Position numbers and translations under genes: made by a program. DNA of 43,189 nucleotides from Candidatus Pacearchaeota archaeon. Its GTDB lineage: Archaea; Nanobdellota; Nanobdellia; Pacearchaeales; GW2011-AR1. Location of the stretch: NCBI GenBank assembly GCA_002688335.1, contig NZCQ01000002.1:1-43189 (forward strand). Reading direction: 5' to 3'. Positions 1-8,668 of the stretch are shown piece after piece. The notes beneath the pieces were generated by a model. That model searched no databases and had not been told where the DNA came from. It saw only the letters and a program-made list of their open reading frames with translations. Each line of letters opens with the position of its first letter. Positions within the stretch are counted from its first letter, which is position 1.

Positions 1-2167
1 CAACAGAAACATTATTATTAACACCGAAAGCTGTTTGAAAAACCTCATAATGTTTTTCTTTCAGTTTAGGAGCTCCAACAACGGTCCCTTCATCACTTAT
101 ATATTTAATAATGCCTTCCAAGGTTTCTCCCTCATATGCCAACTTTCTTAATCCATTTACTACAGAAGGTGCAAGATCTCTTTCCAAATGCCCTCCCCCA
201 GCCAGACCCTTCATCGTTTTTAGACCTAAATTTGGTTCAATTCCCGTACAATCAACATCCATCATAAATCCAATAGTTCCTGTTGGTGCCAACAAAGTTA
301 CTTGAGAATTCCTATAACCGTATCTTTTCCCTAAATCAATAGCTTCATCCCATTTTTTATTTGCCAAATCGATTAAATCATCCAAACCCTCAACTCCCCC
401 AACCCTACTAATTTTATTAGAAGCATCCCTATGCATCTTGATTACTTCTATCATTGATTCTCCATTTTCTTCAAATCCCTCAAAAGGTCCAATTTTTGCA
501 GCAATCTGCGCAGATGTTTTATAAGCATGAGCAGTCATTAATGAAGTAATTGCAGACGCTATAGATCTCCCCTGATCAGAATCATATGCTATTCCATTCT
601 CCATCAACAAAGCACCCAGATCCGTATAACCTAACCCTAGCGGCCTAAATCTATGAGAATTCTCTGCAATTTCCTTAGAAGGGTAAGAAGAAGAATCAAC
701 TAAGATTTCTTGAGCGAGAATAGAACAACTCACTCCTTTTTTGAAACCATCAATATCAAATAGTGGATTGGTACTCCCATCATCTTTTCCTTTAAATTTT
801 GTCAATCTCAATGATGCTAAGTTGCACGCAGAATTATCTAAGAACATATATTCTGAACAAGGATTGCTAGCATTAATCCTTCCAGAGTTTTTGCACGTAT
901 GCCATTTATTTATGGTAGTATCGTATTGTATACCCGGATCTCCATTAACGGCGGCCGCTCTGCACATCACCTCAAGAGCTTCTTCAGCATCTACTGTTTT
1001 CCTTTTATTTGTTAATCTCTTAACAAATCTTTTATCAGGTAGATGCCTATTATCTTTATATTGATCTAGGGGGATCTCCACTTCCTCATCAAATCTATCT
1101 CCCGTCCTAAATAGAAGGTCCCAATCCCCTCCAGAGACAGCGGCCCTCATAAACTCATCAGAAACTCTAACACTATTATTTGAATTTTGTCCATCAACCG
1201 TTTTATAGGCTTCACTTTCTAAATCTCCCGCATTATGGGGAGCCCAACTAGGATTTTTAGATAGCCACAATGCTTTCTTCTCCTCATTAACTTTCCAATA
1301 AACAAACCTATAAAGATCTGGATGATCATCTCTAATTACAACCATCTTAGCAGCTCTTCTTGTTTTTCCGCCAGATTGTATTCTTCCAGCTATTGCATCA
1401 TAAATCTTTAAAAAAGAAATCATACCTGAGGCAGATCCTCCCCCCCTTAAGGGTTCATCATATCCTCTAATTGTAGAGAAATCGGTACCAGTTCCAGATC
1501 CAAACTTAAAAAGCATCCCCTCTTTATAACCATGGGTAAGAATGCTATCCATATTATCGCTTATCGGCTGTATAAAACAAGCTGATGCTTGCGGCCTCTC
1601 ATAAGCATCAATTCGATTCGTCACTTCACCATCAACAACAGCCCAATGAGAAGACCGTTTCTCATCCCCATTAGAATCCTCCCCACGACCCTCTCTAACA
1701 CCATAAACTTCAGATAACCCAACATTAAACCAAACTGGAGAATTAAACGCATGATATTGTCCAACATGAAGATACTTCAATTCATTACCAAGGATCTCAG
1801 CCTCTTCTTTTGATAATATTCCTTGCTTAAGCCCACTATTTGCAATAGAGTCATCCACCCTAGAAACCAACTCTCGAACACCATTCTCACGATATTCATC
1901 TCCATCTCCCTTAAAGAAATATTTACTTCCCACCACCTTGGTCGCAGTATCGCTCCACTGTAAGGGAACCTCAACGCCCTTACCATCATAGATGACTTCT
2001 CCTGTAGCATAATCATCTATCCTAACATCTCTGGTCCCCCACGCAAAATGATCAAAAGGATCCCTACTTTCTTCTACAAAATGTCTCTCGATGCTTAATT
2101 TATCTTCATAACCTTTCCCATTACCACTAGCATCTCCAACCTCAACTTCTTGCTCAACACTCGCCAT
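1..2167 (-). CDS. nrdJ: Class II (adenosylcobalamin-dependent) ribonucleotide reductase, 3' part cut by window edge
   Basis: My own minus-strand translation from the ATG at 2167 gives MASVEQEVEV..DPFDHFAW..KFGSGTGTDFSTIRGYDEPLRGGGSASG..NPCSEYMFLDNSACNLASL..TLLAPTGTIGFMMDVDCTGIEP. The frame stays open to position 2. It is absent from the ORF track only because no stop lies inside the window. Confidence 0.9.
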   Translation of the reverse strand, partial: MASVEQEVEVGDASGNGKGYEDKLSIERHFVEESRDPFDHFAWGTRDVRIDDYATGEVIYDGKGVEVPLQWSDTATKVVGSKYFFKGDGDEYRENGVRELVSRVDDSIANSGLKQGILSKEEAEILGNELKYLHVGQYHAFNSPVWFNVGLSEVYGVREGRGEDSNGDEKRSSHWAVVDGEVTNRIDAYERPQASACFIQPISDNMDSILTHGYKEGMLFKFGSGTGTDFSTIRGYDEPLRGGGSASGMISFLKIYDAIAGRIQSGGKTRRAAKMVVIRDDHPDLYRFVYWKVNEEKKALWLSKNPSWAPHNAGDLESEAYKTVDGQNSNNSVRVSDEFMRAAVSGGDWDLLFRTGDRFDEEVEIPLDQYKDNRHLPDKRFVKRLTNKRKTVDAEEALEVMCRAAAVNGDPGIQYDTTINKWHTCKNSGRINASNPCSEYMFLDNSACNLASLRLTKFKGKDDGSTNPLFDIDGFKKGVSCSILAQEILVDSSSYPSKEIAENSHRFRPLGLGYTDLGALLMENGIAYDSDQGRSIASAITSLMTAHAYKTSAQIAAKIGPFEGFEENGESMIEVIKMHRDASNKISRVGGVEGLDDLIDLANKKWDEAIDLGKRYGYRNSQVTLLAPTGTIGFMMDVDCTGIEPNLGLKTMKGLAGGGHLERDLAPSVVNGLRKLAYEGETLEGIIKYISDEGTVVGAPKLKEKHYEVFQTAFGVNNNVSV

Positions 2168-2168
2168 T

Positions 2169-2600
2169 TTAAACCTCCTTAATTACCTCCTTAAAATCTT
2201 TAATGTCCTTAAAATCCTTGTAAACACTAGCAAACCTTACATATGCAATTTTATCCAACCTCTTCAATCTATTCATCATCATCTTTCCTATCCTCTCGCT
2301 TTTTACTTCTTTTCCTCTTGAAGCAAGTTTTTCTTCAATCTCATTTATTATTTTATCAATCTTATCAATTGAAATTGGCCTTTTCTCGCAAGCCCTCATC
2401 AATCCATTCCTTACCTTATCCCTCGAATATTTTTCTCTCCTACCATCTTTCTTTACAATCATAATCTCCTTTTTCTCGGGCTTCTCATAAGTTGTAAATC
2501 TCTTTTTGCATTTCAGACACTCCCTTCTCCTCCTTGTCCCCTCAGGAGATTCCCTTTTATCCGTAACCTTAGTATTAAACGTGCAAAATACGCATTTCAT
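2169..2600 (-). CDS. nrdR: NrdR-type transcriptional repressor (zinc ribbon + ATP-cone)
   Basis: 143 aa. N-terminal CxxC..CxxC (CVFC..CLKC) is followed by an ATP-cone-like segment (VKKDGRREKYSRDKV..AYVRFASVYKDF). Its stop abuts the nrdJ start, so the two look like an operon. Confidence 0.88.
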   Translation of the reverse strand: MKCVFCTFNTKVTDKRESPEGTRRRRECLKCKKRFTTYEKPEKKEIMIVKKDGRREKYSRDKVRNGLMRACEKRPISIDKIDKIINEIEEKLASRGKEVKSERIGKMMMNRLKRLDKIAYVRFASVYKDFKDIKDFKEVIKEV

Positions 2601-2615
2601 GTTATCTGAGAAGGT

Positions 2616-2627
2616 ACAACATGTTGT
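2616..2627. promoter_or_regulatory. Perfect 12-bp palindrome ACAACATGTTGT just upstream of nrdR; candidate NrdR-box-like operator
   Basis: The palindrome was read directly. It lies 16 nt upstream of the nrdR start on the minus strand. I did not find a second box at the usual spacing of about 31 bp. Confidence 0.25.
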
Positions 2628-2730
2628 ATATTCCCTCTTTTTTATGTCAACTTATTGTATAAGTTACTATAAGAACAACATCAAGTATATAAACATTTCC
2701 ATACCAAATATTGTATATTGAAACAAAACA

Positions 2731-3132
2731 ATGAGGATAATAGGGTCAACAATACAAAATATTGAAGAATCCAAAAAAGGCCTTTTATCAAGAATCGGCA
2801 AAACCTTTATAAAAGAAAATTCCTTGTCAATAAAAAGACGCGATAAAATGGCTTATGATTTTAATTCGATAAATGCGGATGTTTATAGCATGCTTGCAAG
2901 TTCATTAGGAGTTTCGACAACAACAGCCATAGGAATTCTAGCAGTCATAGGAATCTGGTCATTAGTTTGGAAGGGGCTTGCACTCTGGAAATCAGCAAGA
3001 AAAACCCACAAAATATGGTTCATAGTTCTGTTAATCGTAAACACTATAGGAATTCTAGAAATACTCTACATATTCATATTCTCCAAACTTGGAAAGAGAA
3101 ATAAGAAAAACACAACAGTAAAAAAGAAATAA
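2731..3132 (+). CDS. Small membrane protein (DUF5652-like C-terminal half); real start may be the ATG at 2848
   Basis: ORF track. Two hydrophobic helices with the motif WKGLALWKSARK..WF..NT.GILEI.Y, which I remember from small CPR/DPANN membrane proteins. Confidence 0.5.
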   Translation: MRIIGSTIQNIEESKKGLLSRIGKTFIKENSLSIKRRDKMAYDFNSINADVYSMLASSLGVSTTTAIGILAVIGIWSLVWKGLALWKSARKTHKIWFIVLLIVNTIGILEILYIFIFSKLGKRNKKNTTVKKK

Positions 3133-3167
3133 CTAACTAATTTTTTATAAGTCTCCCTTTCTAAAAT

Positions 3168-3305
3168 TCATCCTATCAACTGCAAAACACCAACGATAAG
3201 CAAATAAAGTCCAAGCAAAATCCTGAAAGATCTTGGCCAAACCAATATCAATATCCCTGCAACTATCGAGATAATAGCTGATGCAGTCAAAGTTACACTA
3301 ACCAT
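3168..3305 (-). CDS. 45-aa two-helix membrane peptide (DUF3096-like)
   Basis: My own translation: MVSVTLTASAIISIVAGILILVWPRSFRILLGLYLLIVGVLQLIG. It is below the ORF-track size cutoff. Confidence 0.35.
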   Translation of the reverse strand: MVSVTLTASAIISIVAGILILVWPRSFRILLGLYLLIVGVLQLIG

Positions 3306-3373
3306 TTCTACCTCCACAAAGATATAGAAAAATATATTAATAAGCTTTGCTTATATATATTAAAGGTAAAACT

Positions 3374-3553
3374 ATGGTTATCATGGTTAGACACGGGCCT
3401 GAATACGAAGTAAAGGTTTTCTGCCCCAATTGCGGAACCAGCGATGTAGTCATAGAGCGCACTAACGGATACTTCCGCTTTTTCTCATGCAATCAATGCC
3501 ATCATAACGTAATTCAAAGTAGAATCAATAGGGGGGATATGTTAAGAGGATAA
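3374..3553 (+). CDS. Small zinc-ribbon protein
   Basis: CPNC..(19)..CNQC pattern. ATG at 3374 (the track ORF starts at an upstream TTG). A TATA-like TTATATATATTAAA lies just upstream. Confidence 0.45.
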   Translation: MVIMVRHGPEYEVKVFCPNCGTSDVVIERTNGYFRFFSCNQCHHNVIQSRINRGDMLRG

Positions 3554-3646
3554 AGTATTACCAAACCTATAAAAACAAACTTCCATTTCTAAATATATTA
3601 AACAAAACCTATAATATAAAGTTACCTTGGGAAAGGTTAATTGAAA

Positions 3647-4471
3647 ATGGAACCATATTGGGAATTAATAGAAAGGATAATAAAAGAATCAGACATAGTC
3701 CTAGAAATCTTAGATGCAAGATTAATAGATCTATCAAGAAATGAAAAAGTTGAAGAATTAGTAAAAGAATCCGGAAGACCCCTAATCTTTGTAATAAACA
3801 AAAGCGACTTAATTTCTAAGGAATTCCTCAAGTCACAAATCCAAAAATTAGAAGAATCAGGAGAAGTTATTTACGTTTCTGCAAAGAAAGCAAAAAGCAT
3901 GAGAATATTATTCACAGCAATAAAAAAGATTTTCAAGAAACATGGAAAAAGAGAAGTCATTGAAAGAAAAATAGGAGATCCAAAACTCAAATACAGAGAG
4001 GCTAAAGGAGAAATAGTTGTAGGAGTTCTAGGATATCCTAACGTAGGGAAATCAAGCTTAATCAACGCCCTAGCACACAAGAAGAAAGTTAAAGTTAGCA
4101 AGAAAGCTGGAACAACACATGGAATACATTGGGTAAAAGCAACCGATGATATAAAATTAATCGACAGTCCGGGAGTCATACCCTTAACTAAAGATGATGA
4201 AACTAGATATGGATTAATAGGAGCAAGAGATAGCGAAAGACTAAAAAATCCAGAAGTAGTCGCAATAGCTTTAATAAAACTATTCCAAAAAAACAACATA
4301 AAAGCATTCGAAGATCTTTACAAGATAGAAACAAAAGACAAGAACACAGAAGAAATAATAGAGGAAATTGCCAAAAAAAAGAATTACATGCTTAAAGGAG
4401 AAAGATTCGACGAACACAAAACCTGCTCACTAATAATTAGAGATTGGCAACATGGAAAATTAAAAATCTAA
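3647..4471 (+). CDS. Circularly permuted GTPase of the YlqF/RbgA (MMR1/HSR1) ribosome-biogenesis family
   Basis: The G4 motif NKSD precedes G1 (GYPNVGKSSLINAL) and G3 (DSPG), which is the permuted motif order. ATG at 3647 (the track starts at a TTG at 3641). Confidence 0.85.
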   Translation: MEPYWELIERIIKESDIVLEILDARLIDLSRNEKVEELVKESGRPLIFVINKSDLISKEFLKSQIQKLEESGEVIYVSAKKAKSMRILFTAIKKIFKKHGKREVIERKIGDPKLKYREAKGEIVVGVLGYPNVGKSSLINALAHKKKVKVSKKAGTTHGIHWVKATDDIKLIDSPGVIPLTKDDETRYGLIGARDSERLKNPEVVAIALIKLFQKNNIKAFEDLYKIETKDKNTEEIIEEIAKKKNYMLKGERFDEHKTCSLIIRDWQHGKLKI

Positions 4472-4515
4472 AAAGATATTTAAACCATCCTCCTCTAAAC
4501 AAATAAAAAGAGAAA

Positions 4516-4932
4516 ATGCAATTACTATTACAAGAGTTTTTCAACAAAATCCGCGACCTATCAAAGGGCAAAACATCTCCAATGCTAAAAGCGATTATAA
4601 AACTCACATTTTATTTATCAGTATTAATAATATTGGCCCTAATAATTTTACTGACCTTAAATAAACAATACCTAATAATAAGCGTAATACTGGGATTAGT
4701 AATAATCGGAGAAATATCTCACTATCTAAGAAAATCTAGAGAGAAATCAGCTGGCAAGAAAAAATTAAGAGATAAAAAAGTGGGGAGAAACATAAAACAT
4801 AATCTAAACAAAAAATCAAAGAATAAAAACATGCTAGAAAAGCCCATAAAAAATAAAAACTTATTAACAAAAACAAAGAACATAGATCTACTAAAAACAA
4901 AAAAGATCAAAGCCGTTAAATTAAAAAACTAA
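4516..4932 (+). CDS. Membrane protein with a lysine-rich C-terminal tail
   Basis: ORF track. Two hydrophobic helices followed by a K/N-rich low-complexity tail. Confidence 0.4.
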   Translation: MQLLLQEFFNKIRDLSKGKTSPMLKAIIKLTFYLSVLIILALIILLTLNKQYLIISVILGLVIIGEISHYLRKSREKSAGKKKLRDKKVGRNIKHNLNKKSKNKNMLEKPIKNKNLLTKTKNIDLLKTKKIKAVKLKN

Positions 4933-5045
4933 TTATCTCTGAACTTTTGTACTTCTTTGTTGGAATTGGGAGTTTAGAGAGAGGCTTAACAAAAGCTCAA
5001 ATTGAAAACTTTTGCAACAAATTAAGTGTAAAATGCAAAAGTTTA

Positions 5046-6155
5046 CTATTTAAAATGATTATTAATATATCCAACCAACTTACTCCCTATAAGCTGAATA
5101 GTCGCCGCCCCAGCCCTCATAAAAAACTCTTCAGATTTATTAAAAGTAAGAAAAACAGGTTTGTCTGATTTCAAACAGTTAACCTTAAGAATATTTTTAC
5201 CCTCAATCAAAACCAACTCAAAATTAAGATAGTGTAAATTTTGATTCCCTATATGATCCTTTATTAAGTTAGTAAAATGCAAACTAAATTTATCATTATT
5301 AATAAAATGATCTCTCTCTATTCCAACAATCGATCCGCTATCAGAAACTCCTATCAACAAAACACCTCCAGAGGTATTCAAAAAAGCAGAGATTGTTTTT
5401 AAAACAGATTGCTCAATCCTCCGATCTATTTCATTAGTATGCAAGTTTGTCCTAAGGGTAGACTTAAACTCCAATCTTTCATTCTCTCCTTTCTTAATCA
5501 AACTTAAAATTTCCTCCGGAGAATCGGTTCTCTCTATAAACAAATTAGGATTCTTCTTCTTAAACCTGTTAACTAGATTATCCATTAGCATAAACCTCAC
5601 CCCACTCATATAAACAAAAGCAAACATCGAAGCTATCAAGGCACCAATAAAAACAAGACTCAAACTTGTCATAGCATAGGTATAATCAGCTATTCTCAAA
5701 TCATGTGACAAGAATATCTTAAGATAAAATTTAGACAACTCTGTTAAAGTTCCCAGGGTTAAAGAAATGCTTAAAGAATAAATCATAATAAGAAAATAAT
5801 TAGGCCTAAGTCTACTATTCTTATAAAGAATAATCATCAAAGCAAAACCAATGAATCCCATAGCCAAACCAAAAAATACCTGGATAACCCACCCCCTTAT
5901 CTCCCCCAAGAAAAAAGACAGGATAACAAATACCAACAATACAAACTCCATCTCCCTTGGAACCTCAACATTTACTTTCCTAGACAAGGCAGGAATAAAA
6001 ACCAAAATTAACAATAACAGATTAATAAACAATATCCTCCAAGAACCAGAATAAAAGAAATACCCTATTGAAAAAACCAAAAAAATCTTAATTATCAATG
6101 ACAAAGAAGATTGTATCTTGGCTCCTTCAGACTTCAAAAATTCATAATTATCCAT
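5046..6155 (-). CDS. Multi-pass membrane protein fused to a C-terminal AlbA_2 / Schlafen-like putative nucleic-acid-binding domain
   Basis: About 190 aa of N-terminal hydrophobic helices. They are followed by ENERLEFKSTL..ISAFLNTSGGVLLIGVSDSGSIVGIE, which matches the AlbA_2 signature as I remember it (E..EFK, then N..GG.l.iGV.d.G.i.Gi). Confidence 0.6.
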   Translation of the reverse strand: MDNYEFLKSEGAKIQSSLSLIIKIFLVFSIGYFFYSGSWRILFINLLLLILVFIPALSRKVNVEVPREMEFVLLVFVILSFFLGEIRGWVIQVFFGLAMGFIGFALMIILYKNSRLRPNYFLIMIYSLSISLTLGTLTELSKFYLKIFLSHDLRIADYTYAMTSLSLVFIGALIASMFAFVYMSGVRFMLMDNLVNRFKKKNPNLFIERTDSPEEILSLIKKGENERLEFKSTLRTNLHTNEIDRRIEQSVLKTISAFLNTSGGVLLIGVSDSGSIVGIERDHFINNDKFSLHFTNLIKDHIGNQNLHYLNFELVLIEGKNILKVNCLKSDKPVFLTFNKSEEFFMRAGAATIQLIGSKLVGYINNHFK

Positions 6156-6219
6156 TTTCTCTTTTTAGACAAAAAAACCAATAAACAGAATGATTTAAGG
6201 ATTATGGTAGTTCAGTTAT

Positions 6220-7062
6220 TCAATTAAAACATCCTTCAATTTTCCTTAACAAAACATTGGATAGGTCTTTATTTCTCAAAATAACCACCTCAATTTTATG
6301 GGCCTCTTCGAATACCTCAATTACCTTATCCATATCAATATCCTCAAATTTATTAAATTTATTAAACAAAGATATAACCCTATTATTAAGTTTAGCTGGC
6401 TTAAATATTTGAACAATTAAATCTCCTAAGACAATGAAATCAAAATCCTCTATTTCTTTTCCAGTTCTCACATTAATGCCAATCTTTTTATAGAAATTTG
6501 AACAAAAGGCAGTAATCTGAGAATTGTCTTTAAGAACCATGTAAATCCTCTTTGGATTTATTATATCTCTTAAAACTTTATATTTCTCATTTGAAATGAA
6601 TAACGGCCACCATCCAAAGATCCAGTAGGAATAGCACGAATAATCACCGTGCTCCTTCCTTGTCAAATATTTTTCAATAATCGGCATTAAAAAACTATCC
6701 AAATTAGATAGATTATCAAAAGTAAAAGTTTCAATGGAGTTAATCCCAAAATCCCTCCCAATTAAAGGGTTCTTATTAACATATGAGTTTTCTAAACTTT
6801 TTGAAAGCTCCTTCAATTTCTTAATCCAATCTAGATTTAAACTATATTCCCTATCATTCTTAACCAATACTTGCTTATTACAAAGATCCTGCAAAGACTT
6901 ATAAACTGCCTGAGAAGAGACCTTCATTCGATAATTCTTTTTTATAATATTGTGTATCTTCTTTAATGTCAGAGGCCACTTACTAGAAAGAATCTCCAAT
7001 ATTAGATTCTTAACTCCCATCTTCTCATTCCTAATCAAGAAACTATCAGCACCTTCCATCAT
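6220..7062 (-). CDS. Winged-helix transcriptional regulator with an uncharacterised C-terminal domain
   Basis: The N-terminal segment LEILSSKWPLTLKKIHNIIKKNYRMKVSSQAVYKSLQDLCNKQVLVK looks like a wHTH. Confidence 0.5.
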   Translation of the reverse strand: MMEGADSFLIRNEKMGVKNLILEILSSKWPLTLKKIHNIIKKNYRMKVSSQAVYKSLQDLCNKQVLVKNDREYSLNLDWIKKLKELSKSLENSYVNKNPLIGRDFGINSIETFTFDNLSNLDSFLMPIIEKYLTRKEHGDYSCYSYWIFGWWPLFISNEKYKVLRDIINPKRIYMVLKDNSQITAFCSNFYKKIGINVRTGKEIEDFDFIVLGDLIVQIFKPAKLNNRVISLFNKFNKFEDIDMDKVIEVFEEAHKIEVVILRNKDLSNVLLRKIEGCFN

Positions 7063-7179
7063 TAATCAATACACCATTAGAGTATTTTAAACCTTTTGGT
7101 TGATTTTATCTCTACCAAGAATATATCTTCAATAATGTATATCTTTAACCAATGAAAAACAAGTTGTAAGGAGGTAAAA

Positions 7180-7701
7180 ATGACAGATTCAAACACACAC
7201 GAAGAACAAAGCTATCTTGATGCAATTGTCTCCTTTCTCACAGCACAAGAAGTAACTCACTATGAAACAGAAATCTCTGATGGAGAGAATTTTGTAATGG
7301 GGTATGGAAACACTCCCGAAGAATCTCAAGAAAATGCAAGTGAGCAATGGGATGAATATGGAGGTTCAAATGATGATGAAGGAGATTGCTGTTATTTAGT
7401 CAGCGCATGTCTTGATGCCAAAGAATTGCCAAGAAGTTCGCCTGAAATGAAAGCCATGAAACATTTAACTAAAAGTTTCATATTACAATCTTTCCAAGGA
7501 AGAAGAGATTATATATCTTACAAAAGAAAAGCTCCGGGAATTGTCCAAGCAATAAAAGATAGAAAAGAAGCTCAAGATATATGGGATGGAATCCACAAAA
7601 AATTGGAAACAATAGCATCATCAGTTCATTCAAATAACCTTAGGGAAGGACATAGGTTATACAAGGAACTGGTTTTAGATTTAGAATCAAGATATATCTA
7701 A
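7180..7701 (+). CDS. Hypothetical protein with an acidic N-terminus and a Cys-containing CCYLVSAC motif
   Basis: ORF track. Strong AGGAGGT Shine-Dalgarno 7 nt upstream. Visibly richer in G+C than its neighbours. Confidence 0.5.
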   Translation: MTDSNTHEEQSYLDAIVSFLTAQEVTHYETEISDGENFVMGYGNTPEESQENASEQWDEYGGSNDDEGDCCYLVSACLDAKELPRSSPEMKAMKHLTKSFILQSFQGRRDYISYKRKAPGIVQAIKDRKEAQDIWDGIHKKLETIASSVHSNNLREGHRLYKELVLDLESRYI

Positions 7702-7795
7702 AGAGAATTTTGTATAAACGCGATTTCCAAAGGAAATTTGGTAAAATTCTCTATTAGAAACCGAGAAAAATAGAGTTTTTCAAAGTTTTCTAAAC
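7701..7795 (+). repeat. R1 double-hairpin repeat, copy 1
   Basis: Outer stem AGAGAATTTT/AAAATTCTCT encloses inner stem ATTTCC-AAA-GGAAAT, followed by a second hairpin module (GAAAAA..TTTTTC). It starts at the stop codon of the preceding gene. Confidence 0.7.
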
Positions 7796-7823
7796 ATCAA
7801 ATCTCTTCTTTCTTTTTATTTTT

Positions 7824-8039
7824 TCAAAACAAATAATACAATTGAAACAAAGAACCAATAAACACAAGAATAATCCCTATAACCGCATAAGACTTCTCCC
7901 TACGCATCTTTCTCAATACCCTTTTATCAATTCGTTTCTCTTTTCTGACACTATCATGAACTAATATAACACTAATCCCTAAAATAATCGTGCCAAATGC
8001 TTCAATGATAAAACCTAATATAAATAAAGCCGGTTGCAT
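7824..8039 (-). CDS. Small two-helix membrane protein
   Basis: ORF track; hydrophobic-basic-hydrophobic layout. Confidence 0.4.
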   Translation of the reverse strand: MQPALFILGFIIEAFGTIILGISVILVHDSVRKEKRIDKRVLRKMRREKSYAVIGIILVFIGSLFQLYYLF

Positions 8040-8091
8040 TAAAACATATAACAGAAAATATATTTATAAAACCTCCTTTCCTAGATAGTGA

Positions 8092-8610
8092 ATGAAAATA
8101 TATCTTTCTGGAGATCATGCAGGATTCAAATTAAAAGAGAAAATAAAGTCTTGGCTAAGAAATGAATATGGAAAAAATTTTTACAACTCCCCTGGGTGGG
8201 CGGGTGGGTTGAGAGATAACAGTCGTAAAAATTCTTCTATAGAAATCGAAGATTTCGGACCTCTAGAATATAATGAGAAAGATGATTATCCAGACTTCGT
8301 AATTCCCATGGCCAGAGAAATTGTCAAAAATAAAAATAGTAAGGGTATAATTATCGCAGGATCAGGTCAGGGCGAATCAATAGCCACAAATAAACTAAAA
8401 GGAATCAGGGCAGGATTGTATCATGGAGGAAGCACTAAAATTGTTAAAACAGGAAGGGCACACGATAACATTAACATATTATGCCTAGGATCAAGATTCG
8501 CTAGCGAGAAAGAGGCTAAAAAAGCCATAAAGAGTTTCCTAGAAACTCCATTTAATAAAGGCAGGCACTCAAGAAGACTAAATAAACTCAAACACCTAGG
8601 AAGTAAATGA
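8092..8610 (+). CDS. rpiB: Ribose-5-phosphate isomerase B (LacA/B family) carrying an 18-aa insertion
   Basis: MKIYLSGDHAGFKLKEKIKSWL..DDYPDF..IIIAGSGQGESIATNK.KGIRAG..NILCLGSR..PFNKGRHSRR matches RpiB family motifs. Confidence 0.85.
   Translation: MKIYLSGDHAGFKLKEKIKSWLRNEYGKNFYNSPGWAGGLRDNSRKNSSIEIEDFGPLEYNEKDDYPDFVIPMAREIVKNKNSKGIIIAGSGQGESIATNKLKGIRAGLYHGGSTKIVKTGRAHDNINILCLGSRFASEKEAKKAIKSFLETPFNKGRHSRRLNKLKHLGSK
8178..8231 (+). repeat. 54-nt hairpin-ended G-quadruplex element, copy 1 (inside rpiB, in frame)
   Basis: TTTTTACAACTCCCCTGGGTGGGCGGGTGGGTTGAGAGATAACAGTCGTAAAAA. By my count 48/54 positions are identical to 18467-18520. Confidence 0.85.
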
Positions 8611-8668
8611 AAACATTTAAATATAACCATAATGATAGTTATAATAACCTAAATCAAGGTTATACAAT

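Noticed and set aside
111-2016. Track ORFs 111..305(+), 741..1064(+) and 1777..2016(-) within the first 2.2 kb
   Set aside because: All lie inside or antisense to the continuous nrdJ reading frame, which has clear RNR motifs. They have low-complexity, non-protein-like composition.
3637-4910. Antisense track ORFs 3637..3831, 3871..4299 and 4722..4910
   Set aside because: They are opposite well-supported or better-supported plus-strand genes, and they have Phe/Leu/Ser-rich composition typical of antisense frames in AT-rich DNA.
8178-8231. The 54-nt insert in rpiB as an archaeal bulge-helix-bulge (BHB) intron
   Set aside because: The ends form a continuous 11-bp stem without the two 3-nt bulges separated by 4 bp that the splicing endonuclease requires. 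The second copy is intergenic and antisense to the nearest gene.
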